This document shows positions 10,136 through 21,990 of a stretch of DNA of 64,000 nt, piece after piece. This DNA is from Lysobacterales bacterium. Lineage in GTDB: Bacteria; Pseudomonadota; Gammaproteobacteria; Xanthomonadales; SZUA-5. The notes under the pieces are model-generated. The model was not told the DNA's origin, searched no databases, and saw only the letters and a list, made by a program, of their open reading frames with translations. The stretch covers positions 58,028 through 122,027 of the forward strand of contig JALHMH010000011.1 of the NCBI GenBank assembly GCA_022844165.1. The letters run 5' to 3'. The position numbers were made by a program, and so were the translations under genes. Every line of letters starts with the position of its first letter. The stretch's first letter is position 1.

Positions 10136-11982
10136 GGTGCGTTCTCCAGTTCGAACCAGGCATCAAAAATCTGGCGCGCAACGGGTGCAGCAGCCAATGA
10201 GCCCGAGTCACCCTGTTCGATGACGAGAGCAACGACGATGCGCGGCGCTTCGGCAGGCGCATAACCGACAAACAGCGCCTGATTGCGCTGTCCCTCGCGT
10301 CTCGGGCCGGTGGTGCCTTCCGCGCCATCGCGCGTTCGGGATACGCGTTGCGCCGTGCCGGTTTTGCCCGCCATTCGATAGTTCACGTCGCGGGCTGCCG
10401 CGCGAGCCGTCCCGGTGGGGCCATGCATCACGGCCTCCAGACCCTGTTTGACCGCCAGCAGATGTTCCGGATTTTTCACCAGCGGCGGCCCGACGGGAAG
10501 CGGCGGTTTTGGCGCGATCGGAACGTCGAAGCTGGCGCGCTCGGCGTTAACCAGTCGTGGTTGGAAGCGCTGGCCATTGCCGGCAATCGCCGCTGTTGCA
10601 GCCGCCAACTGTGGCAGCGTGGCAACGTTGTAACCCTGACCGATACCAGCGATCACAGTTTCGCCCGGATACCAGGGCTGATCCAGTTTCTCGCGCTTCC
10701 AGCTGCGCGAGGGCAAGATGCCGCTGGCTTCGCCAACCAGGTCGATGCCGGTGGGTGCGCCGAACCCAAACGTGGACAGGTACGCGTGCATCCGATCGAT
10801 CCCCAGTTCCAGGGCAAGCTGGTAGTAATAACTGTTCACCGACTGCGCCAGAGACTCGATCAAGTCCACTCGACCGTGGCCGCCGCGTTTCCAGTCGCGA
10901 AAGGTGAGCGTTTGGCCTGGGATCTGGAAAACGCCGGTTGAGTAGATCGCATCGCTCGATGTGCGCAGCCCGAGTTCCAACCCGGCCAGCGCGACGAACG
11001 GCTTGAGCGTTGAGCCGGGCTCATAACCACCCTGAAGTGCCCGATTGAACAGCGGCCGGCCTGGCGCTTCCAGCAATGCCTGATAGTCGCTGCGGCTGAT
11101 GCCGTTGACGAACAGGTTCGTGTCGTAGCTTGGTACGCTGACGAAGGCCAGTACATCGCCGTTGCGCGGATCGAGCGCCACCAGCGCCCCCACTTTGCCC
11201 ACCATGATGTCGGTTGCTGCCTGTTGTAGTCGGCTATCCAGGCTCAAGTACAAGTGCCGACCCGCGCTCGGCGGCGAGCGGTCGAGCTCATCCAGCACCC
11301 GTCCCTCTGCATTGGTTTCGACACGCAAGTGCCCAACCTCGCCGTGCAGCGCGCTTTCGTAGTGGCGCTCAATGCCGGTCTTGCCGACATGCGTGGTACC
11401 GGCATACCGTTTGGCGTCGAGTCCACTGAGCTCATTGACGTCGATGCGCCCGACATAACCGATGACGTGTGCGAACAGCGGGCCCTGTGGGTAGTGCCGG
11501 GTCAGGTAGGGCACAACATCGACGCCGGGAAAACGATAACGTTCGAGCGCAAAGCGTGCCAACTCATCGTCCGACAATCGCAGTTTCAGTGGCAGGCTCT
11601 GGAATCTGCGACGTGCGCGTGCCAGTTCCAGGAAGCGCTCGCGCTCTTCAGCATCGAAGGCGATCACCTCGCCTAACGCATCGAGCGTGGCATCCAGATC
11701 TGCGACTTGCTCCGGGACCAATTCCAAACGGTATGCCGGTCGGTTGTCGGCCAGGATCACGCCGCGACGGTCGAGGATGAGCCCGCGCGCTGGCGCCAGC
11801 GGTTGCAGTTTGACGCGATTTTTGTCGCTGCGAGCGGCAAACTCGGCGTGCCGTAAAACCATCAGTTCGCCGAATCGGGCGAGCACAATCAGGATCGCCA
11901 CCACGATCAAAGACAGCGACAGCACGGCGCGGCGTTGAAACTGCGCGCTCTCCGCCTCGTTGTCCTTGATCGGCGTTCTCAT
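10132..11982 (-). CDS. mrdA: penicillin-binding protein 2
   Basis: Start MRTPIKD overlaps mreD stop (ATGA); PARGLILDR, PGSTLK (SxxK), SVN (SxN), KTGTAQ. Confidence 0.95.
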   Translation of the reverse strand: MRTPIKDNEAESAQFQRRAVLSLSLIVVAILIVLARFGELMVLRHAEFAARSDKNRVKLQPLAPARGLILDRRGVILADNRPAYRLELVPEQVADLDATLDALGEVIAFDAEERERFLELARARRRFQSLPLKLRLSDDELARFALERYRFPGVDVVPYLTRHYPQGPLFAHVIGYVGRIDVNELSGLDAKRYAGTTHVGKTGIERHYESALHGEVGHLRVETNAEGRVLDELDRSPPSAGRHLYLSLDSRLQQAATDIMVGKVGALVALDPRNGDVLAFVSVPSYDTNLFVNGISRSDYQALLEAPGRPLFNRALQGGYEPGSTLKPFVALAGLELGLRTSSDAIYSTGVFQIPGQTLTFRDWKRGGHGRVDLIESLAQSVNSYYYQLALELGIDRMHAYLSTFGFGAPTGIDLVGEASGILPSRSWKREKLDQPWYPGETVIAGIGQGYNVATLPQLAAATAAIAGNGQRFQPRLVNAERASFDVPIAPKPPLPVGPPLVKNPEHLLAVKQGLEAVMHGPTGTARAAARDVNYRMAGKTGTAQRVSRTRDGAEGTTGPRREGQRNQALFVGYAPAEAPRIVVALVIEQGDSGSLAAAPVARQIFDAWFELENAP

Positions 11983-12467
11983 GGCTTGGCTTTGCGTCGC
12001 CTCAACCGCAGGCCATCCAGCAGCAAAAATACCCACGGCCAGGCTAACAATCCGGCAAACGGCGCCAGCCAGAAGACCAGTGGCGGCCAGGGTGCGCCAC
12101 CCAGCAGGCGCACCCAAAGATCGATGATGCGATCGTTCAACAGCAGCGCAAACACGGATCCGGCTTGCTGCCAGATAGGGAAGAACCGCAAGCGATGGCG
12201 AAAGCGCAAGGTCAGAAATGTGAGGATCAGCATCCTGAAGGCGTGTTCGCCCAGTAGCGTGCCAAACAGCAGGTCGGCGCATAAGCCGAGTGCAAAAGCG
12301 TGGCCCAGTCCTGCGGCCTCGGGTGCTTCCAGTGCGAAGTAGATCAGCACCAGCGCCAAACCCATCGGTTTGATGACAGCCAGCCAGGGCGGCAAGGGAA
12401 TCAACGCCAGAAGCAGTGCGGCAATGGCCGCAATCAAGAACAGCGAATAGGTGCCCCGTGCCTTCAT
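11979..12467 (-). CDS. mreD: rod shape-determining protein MreD
   Basis: 162-aa hydrophobic protein, GLCADLLFGTLLGEHA, between mreC and mrdA. Confidence 0.92.
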   Translation of the reverse strand: MKARGTYSLFLIAAIAALLLALIPLPPWLAVIKPMGLALVLIYFALEAPEAAGLGHAFALGLCADLLFGTLLGEHAFRMLILTFLTLRFRHRLRFFPIWQQAGSVFALLLNDRIIDLWVRLLGGAPWPPLVFWLAPFAGLLAWPWVFLLLDGLRLRRRKAKP

Positions 12468-13330
12468 CGCTGATCGACCTCGGGCAGCGGTGGGCCGACC
12501 GACGGCCTGGGCTTAACTGCCAACAGCTCGCGATTGCTTGCCAGTAGAGACACCGGCCGGGCAATCGCCGTGGCGAACGCGGCATCAACGGGGCGTTCCA
12601 CGGCGATAACATCGGCCACCGGGTACCCGGCGACGAATCGCCCGCCAACGGCTGTCGTCAGTAGACGATCGCCCACGACGATATCCGCATTGGGCGGCAG
12701 GTTCTTGAGTTCCAGGCGTTGCGCATCACCACTGCCATAGGCGATCGCTTTCAAGCCGCTGCGCGACACTTCGACTGGCAGCGCATGGTTCGGATCGGTA
12801 ATCAAAATGGCGAACGAATATCGAGCGCCGACTTCGCTGAGTTGGCCAACCACGCCGGCCACGTCGATGAGGCCGTCGCCCCGTGCAAGCCCAAGCTCGC
12901 GACCGCCATCCAACAACAACCGCTGGCGGAACGGATCGAGGTCGATGTCGATCACCCGCAGCAAGGTGCCGGCCAGGGCATCCTGGCGAGCGCGTTGCAC
13001 TTTGGCGAGTACGCGCTCGGCTTCCAGGGCGGCCGCACGGCGTTGGTAAATTTCGTTCTGTGCGGTTAGCAGCGCGGCCCGCAGCGTCGCGTTTTCGTTG
13101 GCCAGCGATTGTCTTGCGGTGACCGCGAAACGTGCATCAGCCGCCATTTGAGCCGGCAATGCAGTCAGCTCGTACACCGGCGCCAACAGCACCAGCGCCC
13201 GTTCGCGCATCGAAACCAGAAAGCCCCGTTGGCGGTCGGTCAGCATCAGCATGATCGCCAATGCCAAAAGGACCACGAGCTTCAGTGTGCCCGGCCGTGC
13301 ACCAGCGAACAGCGGAGCGGAATCGGTCAT
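12464..13330 (-). CDS. mreC: rod shape-determining protein MreC
   Basis: N-terminal TM, coiled coil, GVVGQL, LITDPNHALPV, GDRLLT, GGRFVAGYPVA. Confidence 0.92.
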   Translation of the reverse strand: MTDSAPLFAGARPGTLKLVVLLALAIMLMLTDRQRGFLVSMRERALVLLAPVYELTALPAQMAADARFAVTARQSLANENATLRAALLTAQNEIYQRRAAALEAERVLAKVQRARQDALAGTLLRVIDIDLDPFRQRLLLDGGRELGLARGDGLIDVAGVVGQLSEVGARYSFAILITDPNHALPVEVSRSGLKAIAYGSGDAQRLELKNLPPNADIVVGDRLLTTAVGGRFVAGYPVADVIAVERPVDAAFATAIARPVSLLASNRELLAVKPRPSVGPPLPEVDQR

Positions 13331-13499
13331 GGGACGGAGCGTGCACGGCGCGCGCGCTGCATTGGGCAGCGCGTTGCCGCCGTTCCGATGCGACTTGGAG
13401 TCAACAGGTTCGGCTTACGCCCTCCAACTCGCGCCTCGCGCCGTGTCCTCCAGGCCCCACTATCGATATCTGTCATCGACTCCACGCGCTGGGGCCTGC

Positions 13500-14615
<1,116 letters not shown>

Positions 14616-14942
14616 CTACCGCACGGCACCTGCCGTTTCGGTTGAGAGCAAACACTGCCAAGCGAAGTGATGCACGCTATCCGTGACATAAAACCGCGTC
14701 TTTAAGTTCATGGCTGGGTTGCATATCCTCGCCATAGAAAAGCGATGGCTGTGGTTTGCGCCTTGCCCTGAACAAAATCCACCGGCTTTATTTATCTCGT
14801 CGAGCGCGCATTACGACGCTAGCGCCAGGAACCGCGCAACATAACAAGCACCTGAACACGCGAACAAGCCAAAATGCGGGCGAAATGCGGGCCTGTTCAG
14901 GCGGGTGAAGCGCTTTAGGGCGTGCACGCAACCGCAGTGCGA

Positions 14943-16364
14943 TCACGAGCAAGTCGGCAAACGCAATTTTTGGCCGATTTTTAAGGCGTAACGCGGTGCC
15001 TTCAGGCCGTTCAATCGCGCCAGGTCAGCAACGCTGGAACAGCGTGTTCGGCGCGCGATCGCGTTCAACGTATCGCCTCGGCGTACCGTGTACGACACCG
15101 CAATCGGACCGGTCGGATTTTTCGCGTCCTGGAGCGCAGCGATGCGCGACATGAATTCCATATCGGCGCAAGGCGCCGCGTTTAACAGCGCTGACGCGGG
15201 CACACGAATGGATGTGCCCTTGGGCAGTCGCAGTTCGGGTTTGACGCGTGGGTTCGCGTTGCGCAAAGTACGGAACCAGCCTTCGAGGCGCTCGCCCTGG
15301 CCCAGGCAAATCGCCAGTTCCGCCAGCGACATCGAATGCGGCAGCGGATACGCGTCAAGTGTGGGCGTCAGCGTGGGAAACCGCAGTCCGTAGCGCTCGG
15401 GATTCGAAAAGAGGTGTGCCGCTGCGAGTACTTTGGGAACGTAGTCGCGGGTTTCCGCAGGCAACGCGAAGTAGATGGCATCGGACCAGAAGCTTTTGCC
15501 TGGGTGACGTTTGACGAGGCGGCCGACGCGTCCTTCGCCGCCGTTGTAGGCCGCCAGTGTGAGTTCCAGATTTTGGTTGAGCGTGCGCAACTGCTCCTGG
15601 ATATAGGCGACGTTCGCTTGCGATACGCGGGCCGGATCGAGGCGCTCGTCGAACTCGGCGCTGCCCCCCAGGCCAAATCGCCGCGCAGTTGCCGGCATGA
15701 ATTGCAGCGGCCCGGCGGCACCGGCGCTGGAGTAGGCATGCACACGTCCGGCCGATTCCTTCGCGAGGATACCGAACAACAATGCTTCGGGAAGGCCTGC
15801 GCGTTCGTAGGCGGGCCACATGTCGGCGCGCAAAAACTGGTAGTTGGTCCAGGACTCGATGAGCTGAGGCCGCATCCACGTCAGCCAATCCTCAAGCGCG
15901 GCGCGCACCGGTTCGTTGAGCACGATCAGCTGATCGAGCGGCTTTCCCGCCAGCATCGGCACCGCCGGCGCATTGCCGGTTGGCGCAGGAAGCGTGGGCG
16001 TCTCGTCATCCAGGGCCACATCATCCGGGGCATCAAAAAATCCGGCGGCGATGCTCTGCAGGCGCAGCAGAACCGCCATCGCTTGTACGAAACGTCCGGC
16101 TTCGCATCCGGCTGCCAGCGCGCACGACACACCCGCCTGTTCGATCTGGGTCAGAGCGGCGTCCATTTTCGCCTGTCCGTCACGTGGGCTGCCTGCCCGA
16201 ATCAGTTCAAGACCGGCCTGATAGCGTGTCGTGGCCTCGCCAATCACCGCGTATTGCGCGTCGAAAGAGGGTGCCGGCGCGAGATCCTCCTGCGGTTGGT
16301 GTGGCAATGGCGGCGCGCTGGCGCAACCAAGGAGCAACAGAGCAACCCAGGCGCTACGCAGCAT
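14943..16364 (-). CDS. lytic transglycosylase lipoprotein (SLT + LysM, MltD-like)
   Basis: Lipobox LLLGC; KES catalytic motif, AAGPLQFMPATA, AAYNGGEG, ETRDYVPK; C-terminal LysM YTVRRGDTL. Confidence 0.88.
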   Translation of the reverse strand: MLRSAWVALLLLGCASAPPLPHQPQEDLAPAPSFDAQYAVIGEATTRYQAGLELIRAGSPRDGQAKMDAALTQIEQAGVSCALAAGCEAGRFVQAMAVLLRLQSIAAGFFDAPDDVALDDETPTLPAPTGNAPAVPMLAGKPLDQLIVLNEPVRAALEDWLTWMRPQLIESWTNYQFLRADMWPAYERAGLPEALLFGILAKESAGRVHAYSSAGAAGPLQFMPATARRFGLGGSAEFDERLDPARVSQANVAYIQEQLRTLNQNLELTLAAYNGGEGRVGRLVKRHPGKSFWSDAIYFALPAETRDYVPKVLAAAHLFSNPERYGLRFPTLTPTLDAYPLPHSMSLAELAICLGQGERLEGWFRTLRNANPRVKPELRLPKGTSIRVPASALLNAAPCADMEFMSRIAALQDAKNPTGPIAVSYTVRRGDTLNAIARRTRCSSVADLARLNGLKAPRYALKIGQKLRLPTCS

Positions 16365-16773
16365 CGATGATTTTCCAGATGCCGCTGGCGAATGCAACCT
16401 GCCGTTCGGCGTCGAAAATTTCGCCCGCAGCAAAAATAATGGAGCGCGTCTTGCGGAGTACCTGAGCTTCGGCATACAGCCAGCGGTTTGCATGCGCTGC
16501 CGCCAGGAACTGACAATTGAGCTCGATGGTCGCAAACGTCATTTCGTGGCCCAGCTCATCGCCGATGGCGCGGTACAACGCAAAATCGGCGAAACTGCTG
16601 ATCACGCCACCATGCACCACACCCTCGGGATTGAGGTGTTTGGCCTCCAGCTGCACCGCGCGCCGCATCCCTTGCGCCAGCTCGATCTCGTAGAACGGGC
16701 CGATATGACTCGAGAAACCCCGCTGCTGCGGCGCCAGTTTCAACCTCGGCAACTCTCGCGGGCGCTCTGACAT
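16354..16773 (-). CDS. PaaI family hotdog-fold thioesterase
   Basis: HLNPEGVVHGGVISSFAD motif. Confidence 0.88.
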   Translation of the reverse strand: MSERPRELPRLKLAPQQRGFSSHIGPFYEIELAQGMRRAVQLEAKHLNPEGVVHGGVISSFADFALYRAIGDELGHEMTFATIELNCQFLAAAHANRWLYAEAQVLRKTRSIIFAAGEIFDAERQVAFASGIWKIIDAA

Positions 16774-16910
16774 GGTGTGCTCGGGAACCAGACGTCCGCG
16801 GAGTCTATCAGCGCAGTTGCGTGGCTTTATGTCGCGCCAGTCAAAACGCGTAGCCAACTCAAAGAACGCTCAGTGGTATGGGGACGAGCGGTTGGCTGAA
16901 ATCTCAGGGT

Positions 16911-17957
16911 CTACCAGCCCCGCGCCATCTCGGCCTCGGGTTTGCGCGTCAAACCCACCTGCATCCAGCCCAGGTTCATGCCGATATGGGTGGCGTCAGG
17001 GTTGGCCCAGATATAGTTGACCTGTTTGTCGTTGCGCGTATCCATCAGCACCAGTTTGAGGATCGGAACCTTGGTGTTTTGGTAGGTGAGTTGCTCCAGT
17101 CGCACCGCGTAACCGGAATCTTCGCCGGTATCGTCGTCGAGGATTTTGAGCAGCCCGCCTTCGTTGTGAATCAACTTGCCGCTGGTGAAGTCCCAGGTCT
17201 GCTCATCCGGTTTGGCCTCCGGCCCGCCTTTTTTGACGCCGCCCCACAGTGTGAAATAGCGGACTTTGCGGTTTTTGTGCGGCGGACCAGCCGGGCGCCC
17301 GAACACCACGTTGCCGGCGGTATCTCGAGCGACATCCGAGATGTGCAACTCGGTATCCGACAGCATCAGCGTGTCGTTGATGATGATGGTCTTGCCCAGA
17401 CGAGGCGAGTCGATTCGACACGCGTCTTTGTCCATCTCGCCGATGAAATGATCACCATGCCAGTGCCAGTAGACTTCGCAGCCTTCGGTTGTACGGACTT
17501 GTTGTAACGTCATCGACGCGAGGATTTGCGGCTGAAGGTGCGCATCGGTGAACGCTTTTTCATCGACGAACGCATAAATATCGAGTCGTAGCGCGTTGCG
17601 CTCCGGGTTTTTGGAGAACGAATAAAGCCGCTGGCGATAGACCTTGCCCGGGTCGCCGTCGAGATACTGTTTAACGAAAAACGTGTGCTGCCCGATCGCT
17701 GGTGCCGAGACTGGCGCAAAGACGTGGTGGATGCGTTCGAGCGGATCCGCGACCTTTTCGACTTTGGTCTGCTGCCACACCTGCTCGTGGTTGTCCCATT
17801 CGCCGGGGAACCATTGCAGCAGGGTTTGCAGGTGCGCATCGAGTTCACTCGGCTGCGCGCTGGTATCGACCGCGACAGCCGCGCGATCGGTGGCGTTGAC
17901 GACGATGCAGCCGGGCAAAACCAGCGTTAGTCCTGTCCATAACAGCAAGCTACGCAT
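16911..17957 (-). CDS. CpcT/CpeT (DUF1001)-like lipoprotein with C-terminal extension
   Basis: Lipobox VLPGC; WFPGEWDNHEQ and QYLDGDPGKVYRQRLYSF resemble T-type chromophore lyase motifs (GxFxNxxQ; PYRQR); GGGAGG RBS. Confidence 0.7.
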   Translation of the reverse strand: MRSLLLWTGLTLVLPGCIVVNATDRAAVAVDTSAQPSELDAHLQTLLQWFPGEWDNHEQVWQQTKVEKVADPLERIHHVFAPVSAPAIGQHTFFVKQYLDGDPGKVYRQRLYSFSKNPERNALRLDIYAFVDEKAFTDAHLQPQILASMTLQQVRTTEGCEVYWHWHGDHFIGEMDKDACRIDSPRLGKTIIINDTLMLSDTELHISDVARDTAGNVVFGRPAGPPHKNRKVRYFTLWGGVKKGGPEAKPDEQTWDFTSGKLIHNEGGLLKILDDDTGEDSGYAVRLEQLTYQNTKVPILKLVLMDTRNDKQVNYIWANPDATHIGMNLGWMQVGLTRKPEAEMARGW

Positions 17958-17984
17958 CCCACCCTCCCCGGTATCATTGTGAAC

Positions 17985-18953
17985 TTAGGCCGCCACGCCC
18001 GCCTCATGCGCAGAGCGGTCGGCGTGATACGAAGAGCGCACCATTGGCCCGCTGGCAACATGTTTGAAGCCGAGCGCATCGCCGTGAAGGCGCAACTCGT
18101 CGAACTCTGCGGGTGTCCAGTAGCGCACCACCGGATGGTGGTGCGCGGTCGGCTGCAGGTACTGGCCAATGGTGATCATGTCCACATCGTGGGCGCGTAG
18201 ATCGGCCATCGCGCAGTGCACCTGATCGAGTGTTTCGCCCAGGCCCAGCATGATCCCAGATTTGGTCGGCACTGCGGGATGCTGCGCCTTGAAACGCTGC
18301 AAGAGTCTCAACGACCAGTCGTAATCGGCGCCGGGGCGAACTTCCAGATAGCGCTCGCGCACGGTTTCCAGGTTGTGATTGAAGACATCCGGCGCGCAAT
18401 CCTGGAAAACTTCAAGTGCCCGATCCATGCGCCCCTTGCCGCGAAAATCCGGTACTAAAACTTCGATCACAATTCGCGGGCTGCTGGCGCGCACCGCGCG
18501 AATGCAATCGACAAAATGCTGCGCGCCGCCGTCGCGCAAATCGTCACGATCGACCGAGGTGATCACCACATAACGCAATCGCATCTCGGCGATCGTGCGC
18601 GCCAGATTGGCTGGCTCATCCGGATCCGGTGGTTTCGGTCGCCCGTGTGCGACATCGCAGAACGCGCAGCGCCGCGTACAGACAGCGCCAAGGATCATGA
18701 AAGTTGCGGTGCCGTTGCTGAAACACTCGTGGATATTGGGGCACGAGGCCTCTTCGCACACGGTGACCAGTGCGTTAGCGCGAAGTTTCGCTTTCAGTAC
18801 GTCAACGGCGTTGCCCGAAGGCAGGCGGACACGAATCCAGCTCGGTTTTCTGAGCGATGGACGGCTTGGGTCGAAGGTGACGGGATTGCGCGCGATCTTG
18901 TCTTCGCCGAGTTGTTTTTCGCCCAGCACCAGCGCCGGGATGGCCTTATTCAT
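17985..18953 (-). CDS. lipA: lipoyl synthase
   Basis: [12 protein letters not shown] and CTRRCAFC clusters, RSSYHA. Confidence 0.97.
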   Translation of the reverse strand: MNKAIPALVLGEKQLGEDKIARNPVTFDPSRPSLRKPSWIRVRLPSGNAVDVLKAKLRANALVTVCEEASCPNIHECFSNGTATFMILGAVCTRRCAFCDVAHGRPKPPDPDEPANLARTIAEMRLRYVVITSVDRDDLRDGGAQHFVDCIRAVRASSPRIVIEVLVPDFRGKGRMDRALEVFQDCAPDVFNHNLETVRERYLEVRPGADYDWSLRLLQRFKAQHPAVPTKSGIMLGLGETLDQVHCAMADLRAHDVDMITIGQYLQPTAHHHPVVRYWTPAEFDELRLHGDALGFKHVASGPMVRSSYHADRSAHEAGVAA

Positions 18954-19621
18954 GCGGCGTCTTGTTCGAGGTCTTGCGGAAGAGTCGAATCGTACACGAC
19001 TGGCGAGATCTCGTATGCGAAAACGCGGGCGAAGTGCTGCGCGTAACCGGTGGCGACGGTGGAGAGTTCCAGCTTGATGCCCAATCGCCGCAGATCGATG
19101 ACCTCGAGACCACGATAGCCGCAAGGATTGATCCGCGAGAACGGCTCCAGATCCATGTCGACATTGAGCGCGATGCCGTGGAACGTGGTGCCACGACGAA
19201 CGCGGATGCCGATGGCCATGACTTTGGCCGCACCGACGTAGATGCCTGGCGCCCCAGCTCGGCGTTCGCCATGGATGCCGTATCCGCCAAGAAGATCGAT
19301 GCCGACTTGCTCGAGGCGTGTGACCAGCTCGCGTACGCCGATTCCGAGCCGGCGTAGATCGATTAAAGGATAGGCTACGAGTTGGCCGGGGCCGTGGTAC
19401 GTGACCTGCCCACCGCGGTCGACCGGCAACACCGGGATGTCGCCGGGGAACAGGACATGCTCGGTTTTGCCTGCTTGCCCCAGCGTAAAAATCGGATCGT
19501 GCTCGAGTAACAACAGATGATCGGCGGCGTGCTCATCGCGCCTGGCCGCGTAGCGTTGCATTGCGCGCCACAGCGGCTCGTAAGGCTGGCGATCGATGAA
19601 CCGGGGGTGCAGCGCGATCAT
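18950..19621 (-). CDS. lipB: lipoyl(octanoyl) transferase
   Basis: [33 protein letters not shown]. Confidence 0.96.
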   Translation of the reverse strand: MIALHPRFIDRQPYEPLWRAMQRYAARRDEHAADHLLLLEHDPIFTLGQAGKTEHVLFPGDIPVLPVDRGGQVTYHGPGQLVAYPLIDLRRLGIGVRELVTRLEQVGIDLLGGYGIHGERRAGAPGIYVGAAKVMAIGIRVRRGTTFHGIALNVDMDLEPFSRINPCGYRGLEVIDLRRLGIKLELSTVATGYAQHFARVFAYEISPVVYDSTLPQDLEQDAA

Positions 19622-19640
19622 CTGAGTGCCCCACCGCTCC

Positions 19641-21650
19641 TCACTTCGCGCCCGGCGGCGCGTACTTTTCGATCCAATGGTGCACTTCTTCGTACCAGAA
19701 GATCGAGTTTTGCGGCTTCAAGATCCAGTGGTTTTCGTTAGGGTAGTAGATCAGGCGCGTGGGTACATCGCGCTTCTTGAGCGTCTGATACAGCTCAAAG
19801 CCGTGGTTGACGGGAACGCGATAGTCGAGCTGCCCATGGATGACCAGCGTCGGCGTCTTGAAATTGCCAGCGCCCAAGTGCGGCGATGAGCGCTGGAAAA
19901 TCGTCGGGTCTTCCCAAAACTCGGGAAAACGGGCATCGCTAAAGCCAAAGTCGCTGCCAATTTGTGTGTACCAGTTGTACACCGCGGCATGCGCGATCAA
20001 CGCCTTGAACGGGTGTTCGCGACCGAGCAGGATGGAAGCCAGATAGCCGCCATAGCTGCCGCCCCCCGCAACCATCCGGTCTTTGTCGACGAAAGGCTGT
20101 GCCGCCAACCACTCGGCGGCTTTGATGGTGTCTTCGTACGGCAGTATGTCCTGGTTTGGGTTGATCGAATCGGTGAAGGCCTGACCAAAACCGCTGGAGC
20201 CATGAAAGTTATGCCATGCGGTGACATAACCACGCGCCGCAAACACCTGCGCATTCCAGCGGAACGAAAACGCGTTGGTAATGCCGTTGTGCGGGCCGCC
20301 ATGGAGAAGGAGAAAGACTGGATAGCGCCTGGATTTGTCGAAGCCCGGTGGGTAGTTGACCCACATTTGGATCGGCACGCCGTTGGCGCCGGTGTAGGTC
20401 ACCGATTCGTATGTGCCAAATTCGATGGCGTCGAGGGCTTCCTTGTTGCGCGTGCCGAGTATCGTCGATTGACCCGAGCGCATATCCAGACGCACCAAGG
20501 TCGGCGGTTCGATGTAGCTTTCTCGCAGCGCAACCAGCGTTTTGCCGTTCGCAGCCAGCGCCAGCGCACCGATATTGCTGCCATCCGTGATGCGTCGCGG
20601 TTTGCCCTTGAGCGGTAACTCGTAAGCCCGGACAGTGCCGGCATCGTCGATCGCGCCGAGCAAACCCGCGCTGTCGGCTTTCCAGATCAAGTTATCTGCC
20701 GAACGATCCCAGTCGGTGTGCAGAGTCTGGGTGTTCTGCGAGGCCGTATCGTAAATCCGCAGTCGTCGCGTATCCCCATAAAAACCGACAATGGTCTGGC
20801 GGACGTAGGCCAGCTTCTTGCCATCGGGACTCCACAGGGGCACGTTATCGCTGCCGACGTTGTCGGTTGTCAAATTGCTCGCGGACCCGTCGGCGCCGAG
20901 CAGGAACACGTCCAGATTGATCTTGTTGTGATCAGGGTTACTGTCGGCGACAAAGGCCACCGCACCTGTCTTGCGATTCACATCGAACGATGAGGCATCG
21001 GACAAACTGCGCGGCAGTTCCAGTTTGCTCGCCAGCGTCAGTGGTTTAGGCTCGCCACCGCTGAGCGCTATCTCGAACAGGTGCGCCTGGCGATCGTCGA
21101 TGAACTGATCCCAATACATGACGGGCGTATCGTCCCAGACTTTGGCGGTCATCTTCGATTCGGTGCGTTCCTTGATGCGCGCAGCGGAGTCGGTCCACGA
21201 AACGCCGGGCCACACGCGCGTCAGCACCACCATTCGCTGGCTGTCGCCATGCCACTTTGCGACCGACACGCCAGTGGGAATTGACGTCACGCGCCGCGCC
21301 TCACCGCCGCTCAGTGGCATCGCGTACACCTGTGGTGATTTGTCGTCATCGCGCTGGGCGATAAAGGACAACCATTTTCCATCCGGGCTGAACGCCGGTG
21401 CCGACTCATTCGATGCTGCTTGCGTCAGCAGGCGTTCTTCAGAACCATCGGTCGCGAACCACCAAAGGTCGGCGATACTCTTGTCTTCTTTGATGTCGAA
21501 GCGTGTCACCGCTGCGACCGCTGTCTTGCCGTCAGGAGAAATGGCCGGCGGCGCGATACGCTCCAAAGACCACATGGACTTCTCGGTCAGAGCGGTCGCC
21601 CAGGTGGGGCCGCCCGCTGCAAGTAGAATGAATGCCAAACGGGTTCGCAT
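19641..21650 (-). CDS. S9 family peptidase (secreted dipeptidyl/acylaminoacyl peptidase)
   Basis: Signal peptide, PD40-like propeller (SPDGK), HGGP, GGSYGG nucleophile, DYRV, ENHWI. Confidence 0.92.
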   Translation of the reverse strand: MRTRLAFILLAAGGPTWATALTEKSMWSLERIAPPAISPDGKTAVAAVTRFDIKEDKSIADLWWFATDGSEERLLTQAASNESAPAFSPDGKWLSFIAQRDDDKSPQVYAMPLSGGEARRVTSIPTGVSVAKWHGDSQRMVVLTRVWPGVSWTDSAARIKERTESKMTAKVWDDTPVMYWDQFIDDRQAHLFEIALSGGEPKPLTLASKLELPRSLSDASSFDVNRKTGAVAFVADSNPDHNKINLDVFLLGADGSASNLTTDNVGSDNVPLWSPDGKKLAYVRQTIVGFYGDTRRLRIYDTASQNTQTLHTDWDRSADNLIWKADSAGLLGAIDDAGTVRAYELPLKGKPRRITDGSNIGALALAANGKTLVALRESYIEPPTLVRLDMRSGQSTILGTRNKEALDAIEFGTYESVTYTGANGVPIQMWVNYPPGFDKSRRYPVFLLLHGGPHNGITNAFSFRWNAQVFAARGYVTAWHNFHGSSGFGQAFTDSINPNQDILPYEDTIKAAEWLAAQPFVDKDRMVAGGGSYGGYLASILLGREHPFKALIAHAAVYNWYTQIGSDFGFSDARFPEFWEDPTIFQRSSPHLGAGNFKTPTLVIHGQLDYRVPVNHGFELYQTLKKRDVPTRLIYYPNENHWILKPQNSIFWYEEVHHWIEKYAPPGAK

Positions 21651-21990
21651 CGCGGTTCCTGATTCACTGGGGACAGCAGCCGAAGATAGCCTACCCGGCG
21701 GTGTGCGCAAGCCGGCTCAGGCTGCCACAGCGCTGGATTGTCGTAGCGAATCGATGGGGCGAGTCGTTCCGGTCGGCCCCGAATCTGGCAAACAAGCGAT
21801 GCTGAGGCGCCGCGCCAGGGTCATGTGCTGGCCCCGGCGTGCCCTCGCCCTAGAGTCCTTGACTGAGCGAGATCTTGTCAATTGAGTCAAATTTTCGTCG
21901 GAGCGGCTTTGGCTGTTGAAGCCCCCTTGAGTACAAGGGGGGGTGAGGATCGGCGCTGACACGCCGCGAGGCGTGTGCCGAGCCGAACGA

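Noticed and set aside
11983-12648. N-terminal extension of PBP2 to 838 aa
   Set aside because: It overlaps mreD and mreC; the ATGA-coupled start at 11982 gives a normal PBP2
13331-13499. Structured mreB-mreC spacer (CAGGCCCCA/TGGGGCCTG)
   Set aside because: A single imperfect stem with no other copy in the window; consistent with an ordinary intercistronic element
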